In this document: positions 1 through 7,536 of the stretch, one piece after another | How the letters are laid out: every line of letters starts with the position of its first letter | Numbering within the stretch: the first letter of the stretch is position 1 | Virus record (IMG/VR): IMGVR_UViG_3300036770_003943 | Span: 1 to 64,000 of that record | Reading direction: 5' to 3' (one strand) | DNA: 64,000 bases | Program-made: the position numbers and the translations under genes | The notes under the pieces: model-generated | The model's input: only the letters and a program-made list of their open reading frames with translations | Database searches by the model: none | Told to the model about the DNA's origin: nothing

Positions 1-121
1 CTTTCCATTTACCTTCAAAACTTTTTTCTGTGATTGTTTCAAAAGCATTGTCTGGTGTTAATGCTCCTGGTTTTACGCCTGTCATTGCGAAAGGCTCAAT
101 TGTGTGTCCAACTGTCTTCAT
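1..121 (-). CDS. ahpC: Peroxiredoxin AhpC, 5' part only (runs off the left edge)
   Basis: Not in the ORF track. Manual translation MKTVGHTIEPFAMTGVKPGALTPDNAFETITEKSFEGKWK matches the N-terminus of betaproteobacterial AhpC (...EKSFEGKWK precedes the YPKDFTFVCPTE motif). RBS AAGGA and a TTGACT-17-TATAAT promoter lie upstream. Confidence 0.7.
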   Translation of the reverse strand, partial: MKTVGHTIEPFAMTGVKPGALTPDNAFETITEKSFEGKWK

Positions 122-180
122 AGGTCATGTTCCTTATGTTAAAAATATAATTATACATTAGATTCAAAGAAAGTCAACAC

Positions 181-819
181 TTATTTTACTAATTGGTTGA
201 CAAAATCTAGTAACAATTTATGATGATGGTAGTTATGCCAATGCGGGGCAAGAACTTTTTTGTCATACCAATAGATATCACTTTCGGGATGAGGTCCAAT
301 TAGGCCTATATTATTTTGAATAATAGCCGCTGGATCGCCGTTTTGATACTGTGCTAGATTATGATAATTGCTTCTGTTTGAAAGAAATGTACAACCATCA
401 TAAAAAAACATCGTTTCAGGCTGTTTTAGCCATGTAACAGTGGCTACGGTACTGTAACTTCGCCGAATCTCTGAGTAAGGTCTTTTTATATACTGTACAA
501 CATCTATATTTTCTACTATATCGAAATAATGTTTACCTGCCCAATAGGCTCCCATACATATTCCTAGATAGGCCTTGCCTTTGCTTATTTGATTTTTAAT
601 GACATCCTGCTTTTCGGAAATTATTTTATAAAAACTATCACTATCACCGATACCGCCTGGAAAAGCAATTACATCAAAACGTTTAAAATACCTATCTCTT
701 ATTTGGTTACTGTTAAAACACTCGATATCGTATTCATTGTTTAGTGCTCTTATAATACCGTGTACACACTGTACACTACATTCAGGATGGTTCAGAAAAA
801 CTGCTAGTTTAATTTTCAT
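181..819 (-). CDS. Class I glutamine-amidotransferase-like (BPL_N-type) protein
   Basis: FPGG..GDS, YLGICMGAY nucleophile elbow and GPHPE (His-Pro-Glu) motifs. Confidence 0.75.
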   Translation of the reverse strand: MKIKLAVFLNHPECSVQCVHGIIRALNNEYDIECFNSNQIRDRYFKRFDVIAFPGGIGDSDSFYKIISEKQDVIKNQISKGKAYLGICMGAYWAGKHYFDIVENIDVVQYIKRPYSEIRRSYSTVATVTWLKQPETMFFYDGCTFLSNRSNYHNLAQYQNGDPAAIIQNNIGLIGPHPESDIYWYDKKVLAPHWHNYHHHKLLLDFVNQLVK

Positions 820-891
820 AATTATATATTTACTAATTCTAAACCAGAATTCTGGGTAAATAGTTCAACAAGAATCTATTATGCCATTATC

Positions 892-919
892 TATAGCAGT
901 GTAAATATAGCAGTGTAAA
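892..919. repeat. Perfect tandem 14-bp direct repeat (TATAGCAGTGTAAA x2)
   Basis: Seen directly: copies at 892-905 and 906-919, intergenic. Confidence 0.9.
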
Positions 920-930
920 CTAGCAAGAAA

Positions 931-1551
931 TTACCTAACTTTCCACAATGTCATACATTTGTCTTTGCGATTATAATAGTTAAATTCATCAATTAATTCA
1001 AATTGCGTTGATAGTAACTTTCTAATATCAAGTCCATCGTCTACCCATTGAACCTGATTGAACCTATCTGAACCGATGGGCACAAAACGTATCGGTTCAT
1101 TAACTACAACCAATTGGCCGTCGGGCTTGAGTAGTTTTTTAATAAACTTAATATCATCCTTAGGATGTTCGCTGTGTTGAAGCACAAGACTAGCAATGGC
1201 TAAATCAAATCGAACATCTTGCTCAAAAGGTTCATTCTTTTTATAATGATAAGGAGAAAAATCTATATTATCAATATACTTAACCGCACAGGATAGCATA
1301 CCGTCACTTATGTCCATGCCCATTACTTTACAGTTAGTTTTTTCAAGTAATTTTTTACTTACTCTTCCAACTCCGCACCCAAAGTCTAAAACCATACTTT
1401 CGCTGCTGACTAGTTCTTGGTCAATAAGCCAATTAACAAAAAAGTTAGTTTCTTCTTCGAACTTGTTTGGATTACGCTTATCTGGCGTAAGGCATATGGC
1501 TTTAGCATGTTCAATACTTTGCGGATTAAATACATTAACATAATAAGACAT
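931..1551 (-). CDS. Class I SAM-dependent methyltransferase
   Basis: VLDFGCGVG motif I, GMDIS, FDLAIASLVLQH, LKPDG. Confidence 0.85.
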   Translation of the reverse strand: MSYYVNVFNPQSIEHAKAICLTPDKRNPNKFEEETNFFVNWLIDQELVSSESMVLDFGCGVGRVSKKLLEKTNCKVMGMDISDGMLSCAVKYIDNIDFSPYHYKKNEPFEQDVRFDLAIASLVLQHSEHPKDDIKFIKKLLKPDGQLVVVNEPIRFVPIGSDRFNQVQWVDDGLDIRKLLSTQFELIDEFNYYNRKDKCMTLWKVR

Positions 1552-1553
1552 TA

Positions 1554-2471
1554 TTATCCACCAAAAGGAATAAATTCTAATCCAGTTGATTGAATTCCTA
1601 CTAGATCAATGTCATTCAATAGCTCAGGTCGTTTAGCAGCAACAAGTAAAACATCAGCTTGACTGTAACCATATTTTTCAATAGTTTCAACTATTTCAGC
1701 TACCTGTTGAGCTGTGGCCTGTACACCAAATGTATTTTTCCATACTTGTTTGGCAAATGTTTCATTGCTTACTCCACCTGCGTCGTTTTTGTATTCATCG
1801 CTGGTTAAAATTTTAGCAGCAATTTCTTTATCAGTCCAGCCAAGTGTTTCTGCTAAAAATAATCCTGCGCCAATATAAGCTGGTGTTACATCTGTTTTAC
1901 CTACGGCTGCTGACATCATGGCATAAATTTTTCCGGCTGTGCCGCCATTATCAATATCAAATGCTAGATGTTTATCTTGAAATTTAAGTCGTTCTACATC
2001 GTGTAGAGAAAATTCAATTATTGATGATAATGTGCTGGTTATCGCCAAATTACCGTCATTGTAAATAATATTAAATTTATTTTTAGTATCGTTAAAAGTG
2101 TAAGTGTCAACGGCACTGGTTCCAGTTACATCAACTAAAATATCAATAATGCCATCGCCAATTCTTCCTAGGCCAGCCTGTGAAAATGTAGCGATTTTAC
2201 CTTGTAATCCTACTGTGTTAACAGTAAGCAGCAAATCATTATCAGGACTTAGGCCGCCAAGAGTAGTCCCAGGAATAGTCACTGTATTTCCTGGTATGTA
2301 GCCAGTGCCTAGATTTTCACTGTCTAATGACACATTATAGTAGCCATTTGTTTTGACTACATCAAATTTAGCGCCGTCGCCTGGCTCACTAGTTCCGTTT
2401 AGTCCGGTAACATTTTGATAACTGACGTTAACTGGTTTATCTTTAATACTAATGCTAGTAGTTATTGGCAT
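1554..2471 (-). CDS. Chimeric protein: virion-type beta-rich N-terminal domain plus DUF4214-like C-terminal domain
   Basis: GTGY.PG.TVTI.G..LGG..P.NDL repeat unit typical of phage structural proteins; DVERLKFQD..LAFDID..G.AG..Y and IDLVG...TG.EF.P tail typical of DUF4214 proteins. Confidence 0.6.
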   Translation of the reverse strand: MPITTSISIKDKPVNVSYQNVTGLNGTSEPGDGAKFDVVKTNGYYNVSLDSENLGTGYIPGNTVTIPGTTLGGLSPDNDLLLTVNTVGLQGKIATFSQAGLGRIGDGIIDILVDVTGTSAVDTYTFNDTKNKFNIIYNDGNLAITSTLSSIIEFSLHDVERLKFQDKHLAFDIDNGGTAGKIYAMMSAAVGKTDVTPAYIGAGLFLAETLGWTDKEIAAKILTSDEYKNDAGGVSNETFAKQVWKNTFGVQATAQQVAEIVETIEKYGYSQADVLLVAAKRPELLNDIDLVGIQSTGLEFIPFGG

Positions 2472-2557
2472 TCTGTTTCCTTTAAGTTTACATATAATTA
2501 TGCGATGTAAACAGTTTTTTTGAGCAATTTTCTATCGTTATCAAGCGAATTGGCAAA

Positions 2558-3304
2558 CTAACTCATTGCTATGTCGAACATCCAACTGTCCCAAACATTA
2601 TTTTTAATATAATCAAAGGGCATATAAAAGTAACCTTTTTCTCCCCAGTCCTCACCAAAGCTATTTCTAATTATTAACTTTTTTTGATCTAGATCATAAC
2701 CAACCACTGTGACTGCATGGCCGCCGATAATTTGTTCGTAAGCCTGGGGTAAGGGTAATTCATACTTACCGGGCAGCTCTAAATCATAAAAGCTATTATA
2801 TACACTCATGCTAATAACCACTGGATATTCCAAGTTGACAGCATAGAGTATATCGTCTAAATTTTTAACTCTATAATATTTGTTTATCATACGAGTTCGA
2901 GCATCCATGTAGCTATCTAGACTAGGTGCCTCACTAAATTTATAGGTTATGTAGGGCCAAATTGATTCAGCACATACACCAAAGTGATTTACACTTTTAA
3001 TACCATATCTTACATAGGTTCCAGCATCTTCATCAACCATATTATCATAGGCTCTAGCATTATAGTAAACAAATAATCGACTCAGGTCAACAAATCTATC
3101 CTTGAATAGTCGGTTGACCATGAGTTCAAAAGCTCCTACGACAGCTTGCCCAACACAACTGCCAAGATGCAATTGATCTTCTATCGGACTACACCAATCT
3201 CTGAGATCAACTTTATTTTTTATTTTTGTTTGATCGAATCGACACACTAGGTCTCTATTATCTGGTCTGTCCGGTCTTACTGTAAAAGTTGATCTAGAGA
3301 TCAT
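2558..3304 (-). CDS. Papain-family (C1A) cysteine peptidase
   Basis: DLR.W..PIEDQ..LGSCVG (catalytic Cys), GGHAV (His), RNSFG..WG..GYF (Asn). Confidence 0.9.
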   Translation of the reverse strand: MISRSTFTVRPDRPDNRDLVCRFDQTKIKNKVDLRDWCSPIEDQLHLGSCVGQAVVGAFELMVNRLFKDRFVDLSRLFVYYNARAYDNMVDEDAGTYVRYGIKSVNHFGVCAESIWPYITYKFSEAPSLDSYMDARTRMINKYYRVKNLDDILYAVNLEYPVVISMSVYNSFYDLELPGKYELPLPQAYEQIIGGHAVTVVGYDLDQKKLIIRNSFGEDWGEKGYFYMPFDYIKNNVWDSWMFDIAMS

Positions 3305-3305
3305 A

Positions 3306-4001
3306 TCACATTATTGTTGGATCTCGTAACATCGGTGTAGGCGACGGTGTTGGCATGCTAGTAAATCTATTGGGAAACTGTTGTATGATCCTATCAGCAA
3401 ATAATGTACTAAATTCAGAAATGAATTCATTTAATTTGTTTGTAGACAATGTGATTTCTGTAGCATTCTTAGCTTTCCTTGCCTTTACTTGTCCAATAAT
3501 ACCGTCTGCCAGTTTTGCTAACAAGTCTCGTGTAGGTTGCCATTGGTATTGCTGATTAAAGGTATTCAATGACGTAGCTAATTCATTTAACACTGTATTC
3601 ATTTTAGTTTGACTATATGCTGCGTCTGTACCTGTTTTTACAGCATGGACTAGTAATGCGGTAAGCACAGGAATACTACGCATGGCTAGATTAATTCGTT
3701 CTCCGAATTCACTGTTGTAAAAAGGCTTGGTCATATTGCCCAATCTATCTACGTCAGAGTAAATAGCTTCAAAATTATTGACTAAACTGTCTTCGGTACC
3801 ATCTACACTCATTATCATACCATTTAATTTATTAGCCAAGTTGTCAAAGTAGTTTGAAACATTTGATCTAAAAGTTAATTCATCGAAAGTTTCGTTAGTA
3901 GGTATCCTACTACGCCTGCGTTCTAAGCTAGATTTGATTTGATTGGCTAGCGGATGATCAAAATGTTCTTCTACTATGGTGTGAGTAATCTTTTTATACA
4001 C
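3306..4001 (-). CDS. Hypothetical protein with N-terminal MYKKITHTIVEEHFDHP leader
   Basis: 231-aa ORF with RBS GGAG; shares its leader with the adjacent ORF. Confidence 0.8.
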   Translation of the reverse strand: MYKKITHTIVEEHFDHPLANQIKSSLERRRSRIPTNETFDELTFRSNVSNYFDNLANKLNGMIMSVDGTEDSLVNNFEAIYSDVDRLGNMTKPFYNSEFGERINLAMRSIPVLTALLVHAVKTGTDAAYSQTKMNTVLNELATSLNTFNQQYQWQPTRDLLAKLADGIIGQVKARKAKNATEITLSTNKLNEFISEFSTLFADRIIQQFPNRFTSMPTPSPTPMLRDPTIM

Positions 4002-4010
4002 AATTTTCTC

Positions 4011-4274
4011 CTAAGGTTTGCTTACGTATTCGTCGCAAATATAAGTTGGTCTTACCAATGCGTCCCATCTAACACACATGCTAGTTTCTGGATTATAGGC
4101 TAAACAATTGGCACAACTACTTTCTCCGCTGGCTAACACGTAGCTTTGTGGTAATTTATACGGTATGACAGATCCGTCGTCGTAATACCTTTGCGGGTAG
4201 TGCCAGCTTGTTTTAGAGTTGGGAGGATTGTCAAAATGCTCCTCTACAATGGTATGTGTTATGCGCTTATACAT
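4011..4274 (-). CDS. Small protein: MYKRITHTIVEEHFDNP leader plus four-Cys (HiPIP-like) domain
   Basis: ATG at 4274 overlaps the upstream stop (TAATG coupling); C-x2-C-x8-C-x12-C spacing. Confidence 0.7.
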   Translation of the reverse strand: MYKRITHTIVEEHFDNPPNSKTSWHYPQRYYDDGSVIPYKLPQSYVLASGESSCANCLAYNPETSMCVRWDALVRPTYICDEYVSKP

Positions 4275-4900
4275 TACATTATCCACCAATTACTGTTACG
4301 ATATACCACCTGCACACTTTGGTATGGTGTACTAATTACGTAATTGATCTTGTTATCTATTTTTTCTCCCACCTGCGGTTGAATGGTAATTTTGCCCGAA
4401 CCTTGCCCATATTCATCTTTGATAATATAAACACGCCCATCTACTGCTGTGGGCAATGTTATAGTGATATTGCTAATACTGCTAACACCAATATATTCGT
4501 CTGTTAATGTAGCAGTATAGTTGGTTGTAGTTCCGTAGACATTTATAAGATCTGCTCCGTAACTACTGATAGTAATGTCACCTGTGCCACCGCTTATGCT
4601 GATGCCTGCTCCAGCTGTTAGGCTTAGAACGCCTGTGTTTTTTATGGTAAAAGATGTAGCAGGCCCATCACTTACCAATGACAGTACGCTGATGCCAACA
4701 TCAGCTGTGGGTGTAACACTGGTAACAACTCTGTCGCCGTTGTCAAATAATTCATTGGCTTCTACTGTGTTAAATGTGACATCGGCTGTGGGGCTGAGAT
4801 CCTGATTTAGGCTGATCACTCCATTGGTAACAGTGATATAATTACCAACTTGAACTACACCTAGTTCTGTTTCTGATGTCAATGGTGCTAGATATGACAT
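4274..4900 (-). CDS. Putative virion fibre/decoration protein
   Basis: T-rich beta-type sequence; C-terminal ~85-aa domain paralogous to that of 4911-5543. Confidence 0.6.
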   Translation of the reverse strand: MSYLAPLTSETELGVVQVGNYITVTNGVISLNQDLSPTADVTFNTVEANELFDNGDRVVTSVTPTADVGISVLSLVSDGPATSFTIKNTGVLSLTAGAGISISGGTGDITISSYGADLINVYGTTTNYTATLTDEYIGVSSISNITITLPTAVDGRVYIIKDEYGQGSGKITIQPQVGEKIDNKINYVISTPYQSVQVVYRNSNWWIM

Positions 4901-4910
4901 AATTAATTCC

Positions 4911-5543
4911 TTATACTATAAACCAATTGCCATCGCGGCAAAATAAATGAACACTTTGCCACGGCACTTCCATGACGTATTCTGACTCACCATCAATGGT
5001 ACTTCCGTCACTGGCGGTAACAGTTACTTTACGATTGCCGATAGGCGGGCCCATTTCAACCTTTACAATAATTTGATGACTATCTGGGCAATCTGAGGGA
5101 AGAGTGATAGTAACCGGTCCAGAACTATTAATGCCAATATAACAATCATTGTCATCAGCAGTGTAGTCTTGTGTAACCAAAATTGCTTCGCAGTGGTAAT
5201 CACAGTCTCCAGGCGGTCCAGGAGGGCCAGCTGGTCCTGTGTCACCTTGAGGACCTTGTTCTCCAGGCGGTCCTGGCGGTCCTTCAGGTCCTTGAATGCC
5301 TTGTTCTCCAGGAGGTCCAGGCGGACCAGGAGGTCCAGGAGGTCCGGGTGGACAGTCGCAGTTTTTCTCTTGGTTTTGATTAATGATGACGGTATCATTA
5401 CCTGCTCCAGTGTCAATGTCAATTCTTGCGCCTGCTAGAACTCTTTGAGCCTGTTGAACAAGTTCAGGATTAGGTCTTTCTCCAGATGTTAATTTTAAAA
5501 GAGCTTCGTTGAGTTCAACTAGTCTTCTTTCCATGGGCGTCAT
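4911..5543 (-). CDS. Collagen-like (Gly-X-Y) protein with C-terminal beta domain
   Basis: GPP/GEQ/GDT triplet run at ~5213-5350 flanked by Cys pairs; ATG at 5543 preceded by GGAG. Confidence 0.8.
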   Translation of the reverse strand: MTPMERRLVELNEALLKLTSGERPNPELVQQAQRVLAGARIDIDTGAGNDTVIINQNQEKNCDCPPGPPGPPGPPGPPGEQGIQGPEGPPGPPGEQGPQGDTGPAGPPGPPGDCDYHCEAILVTQDYTADDNDCYIGINSSGPVTITLPSDCPDSHQIIVKVEMGPPIGNRKVTVTASDGSTIDGESEYVMEVPWQSVHLFCRDGNWFIV

Positions 5544-5553
5544 AGCAGTCTCC

Positions 5554-5581
5554 AAAAAGCAGCAGCCTCGTGAGCCGCTGC
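5554..5581 (-). terminator. Intrinsic terminator after 5607-6212
   Basis: GCAGCGGCT-CACGA-GGCTGCTGC stem followed by TTTTT on the minus strand. Confidence 0.65.
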
Positions 5582-5606
5582 CTTGTTTAAGTTAATTTTG
5601 GTTAAA

Positions 5607-6212
5607 TTAACCTACGTTATTGCTGGTTGCACGTTGGCCAACACCTAATTGTGTGCCAAAGTTGACCATACTATTGCGTGTGTCATTTAACTGACTGCCA
5701 AATGCCTGTAGTTGGCTTTGTAGTGAAGCAACTTGGCTTTGACCAGCAAAGTCTCTCCAATAACGACGTCCCCAACGTTCTTCTACCAGTTCGCTGTTGC
5801 GTTCTACTAGAGCACGATTTAGATCGTTGTACTTGAGATCATTGATCAGAGCACGTGTCTTCTCACCGTCTGCGTCAATCTTGTCGCTGACATAGGTCGT
5901 CTGCTTTTGCATTTCAACTTGATTTCTCAGTGCGTTGATTTCACTGTCCTTGGCTGCTGTGGCAAATCCTGCTACCATTTGTTGTTGCTGTGCTATAACC
6001 TGAGCACGAAGGTCCATGGTGTCACGTCCCACTGTAAACAAACGATCAGCAATGCTCATTTGATGATTATTAAGCGCCGATGTTAGTGTATCTGTGTTAC
6101 TACTAGTTGATGTTATAACATCATGAGCATTTTTATTGGCTTCTAATTGAATTTCAGATGCCTGTTTTTGTTGCTCAAAACGGATATCATTTAATTGGTC
6201 TTCTACTGCCAT
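5607..6212 (-). CDS. Hypothetical helical/coiled-coil protein
   Basis: 201-aa ORF with AGGAG RBS, Q/N/A rich. Confidence 0.8.
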   Translation of the reverse strand: MAVEDQLNDIRFEQQKQASEIQLEANKNAHDVITSTSSNTDTLTSALNNHQMSIADRLFTVGRDTMDLRAQVIAQQQQMVAGFATAAKDSEINALRNQVEMQKQTTYVSDKIDADGEKTRALINDLKYNDLNRALVERNSELVEERWGRRYWRDFAGQSQVASLQSQLQAFGSQLNDTRNSMVNFGTQLGVGQRATSNNVG

Positions 6213-6230
6213 ATGTTTCTCCTATTTAAA

Positions 6231-6251
6231 TATGAGATTGAAAGTCTCATA
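6231..6251. promoter_or_regulatory. Inverted repeat TATGAGA-N7-TCTCATA upstream of the RBS of 5607-6212 (operator candidate)
   Basis: Perfect 7-bp dyad seen in sequence; function inferred. Confidence 0.35.
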
Positions 6252-6270
6252 ATTACTTACAGAGAAAACT

Positions 6271-6304
6271 AGTGGACCAATATAACGTTTAGTATTAGTC
6301 CACT
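6271..6304 (-). terminator. Hairpin downstream of the LuxR-type gene (probable terminator)
   Basis: AGTGGAC.AATA...TATT.GTCCACT dyad, followed by AGTTTT on the minus strand. Confidence 0.5.
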
Positions 6305-6311
6305 CGAAGTA

Positions 6312-6977
6312 TTATCTAGCAGTCAGAGCCAATTGTGTTCTATTACGCACACACATATTTTTCATTACCGCACTGACATGAATCTTTACAGTGCTTTCAC
6401 TTATTTTTAACACCGTGGCAATTTGCTTATTACTGAGTCCGCGATTGGCAATAAGATCAAATACCTGCCGTTGCCTATCAGTCAGATGAATTTCGTTTGT
6501 TTTGTTGGGTCTTATTGTATTACCTGACAAATTTTGTATAATATGCTTTGGCCAATAGGATTTCTGTTCCAACAATGTTGTTATAGACTGTTTACCTTCG
6601 TCGATACCATAATCAGACAGCAATGGAAAAAGTCCGTCAACCCCAGATTTTTGCATCTCTTTGATATCAGATATATGCGTGTCTTTACCCACACCAAGAA
6701 CGACCAAAGGCCTTTTATCAACACTGTTGAATTTGAACAAGGTATCCATCATTAACATAAATTCACTTAAAGAACTGTGTTTTTTTACAAAGGTAGAAGA
6801 GATTGCAATGACATCTATGCCAGATTTCAAATAGCTGTTGAGTTCTTTGAAATTCTCACAGTACTTTACTTTCACTGGCCAATCTTCAAAGTCACTTTCT
6901 TTGACATTGTTTTCATCTAAATACTGTCGATAATTTTCACGAAAAATTACTAACCTGGGTTTTTTGTTTGCTGGCAT
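6312..6977 (-). CDS. NarL/FixJ (LuxR-HTH) family transcriptional regulator with degenerate receiver domain
   Basis: LTDRQRQVFDLIANRGLSNKQIATVLKISESTVKIHVSAVMK is a clear LuxR-type HTH; probable ATG at 6977 after TAAGGAG. Confidence 0.85.
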   Translation of the reverse strand: MPANKKPRLVIFRENYRQYLDENNVKESDFEDWPVKVKYCENFKELNSYLKSGIDVIAISSTFVKKHSSLSEFMLMMDTLFKFNSVDKRPLVVLGVGKDTHISDIKEMQKSGVDGLFPLLSDYGIDEGKQSITTLLEQKSYWPKHIIQNLSGNTIRPNKTNEIHLTDRQRQVFDLIANRGLSNKQIATVLKISESTVKIHVSAVMKNMCVRNRTQLALTAR

Positions 6978-7153
6978 AATTAACTCCTTATTAACAATAC
7001 TTAAAGTGTTTAATACTTTCAACTATCCAAACTTAGTATTATTATTAATGAAGTATTATTAGTAGTATTAGCTTCTATTTTAACGATATCGTAGTAAAAT
7101 GTCTACAAAATTTATATAACTTTAGTAAGTATTTGTAAGCAAGATTGCCAATG

Positions 7154-7176
7154 AAAAAGGGCACCTAAGTGCCCTT
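7154..7176 (-). terminator. Intrinsic terminator closing the tmRNA gene
   Basis: AAGGGCAC-TTAG-GTGCCCTT followed by T run. Confidence 0.8.
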
Positions 7177-7530
7177 GGTAAGTTTGGTAACAAGGTCTTT
7201 CCTACCCCGTCAGGCTTAAGCGGCTAGCTTAACTTCCTGATAAAAATAGTCGTCATTTGCGTCTATTTAGTTTGCTAGGATTACGTCCTTCGCCTATCGC
7301 ATCGTCTGGTCAAATACTGCATCACCTGTCGAACCTAATTCCGGCCCATCATAATCAGTCTGTATCGCCATTGACCCAATCAACTGTCCATATTGCTGCT
7401 TCTTCAGTTTTTGCCAGCAATCTTTTATGAACTCATTGATTTTCTGCCACATACAAACTCCTTATGGTGGACCGGGCGGGGAACTGCCCCCCGCGTCCAG
7501 TTAATTCTTCTTATTCCTTCATACGATGAT
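7177..7530 (-). ncRNA. ssrA: tmRNA, circularly permuted (two-piece) gene
   Basis: Acceptor piece ends ...GCGGGG-GGCAGTT-CCCCGC-CCGGTCC-A-CCA at 7465. Coding piece starts GGGCCGG at 7347 and pairs with CCGGUCC including the G3.U70 Ala identity pair. Tag frame 7260-7216 = ANDDYFYQEVKLAA*. Outer ends are approximate. Confidence 0.92.
7294..7452 (-). CDS. 52-aa ORF starting in the tmRNA intervening segment and overlapping the coding piece
   Basis: TAAGGAG directly after CCA, 5-nt spacer, ATG; MWQKINEFIKDCWQKLKKQQYGQLIGSMAIQTDYDGPELGSTGDAVFDQTMR*. Confidence 0.55.
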   Translation of the reverse strand: MWQKINEFIKDCWQKLKKQQYGQLIGSMAIQTDYDGPELGSTGDAVFDQTMR

Positions 7531-7536
7531 AACAAG

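Noticed and set aside
5213-5350. Regular GC-rich repeats resembling an array
   Set aside because: They are 9-nt collagen Gly-X-Y codons inside an ORF, with no repeat-spacer structure; no CRISPR array was seen anywhere in the window.
7216-7296. The 52-aa ORF is in the same frame as the tmRNA tag, suggesting read-through to a self-tagged protein
   Set aside because: A second in-frame stop (TAA, 7267-7269) lies between the TAG and the resume codon, and frame identity has a 1-in-3 chance.
7465-7500. tRNA gene suggested by the T-arm and CCA end
   Set aside because: There is no anticodon arm upstream; the pairing partner and tag frame lie downstream, so it is the acceptor piece of tmRNA.
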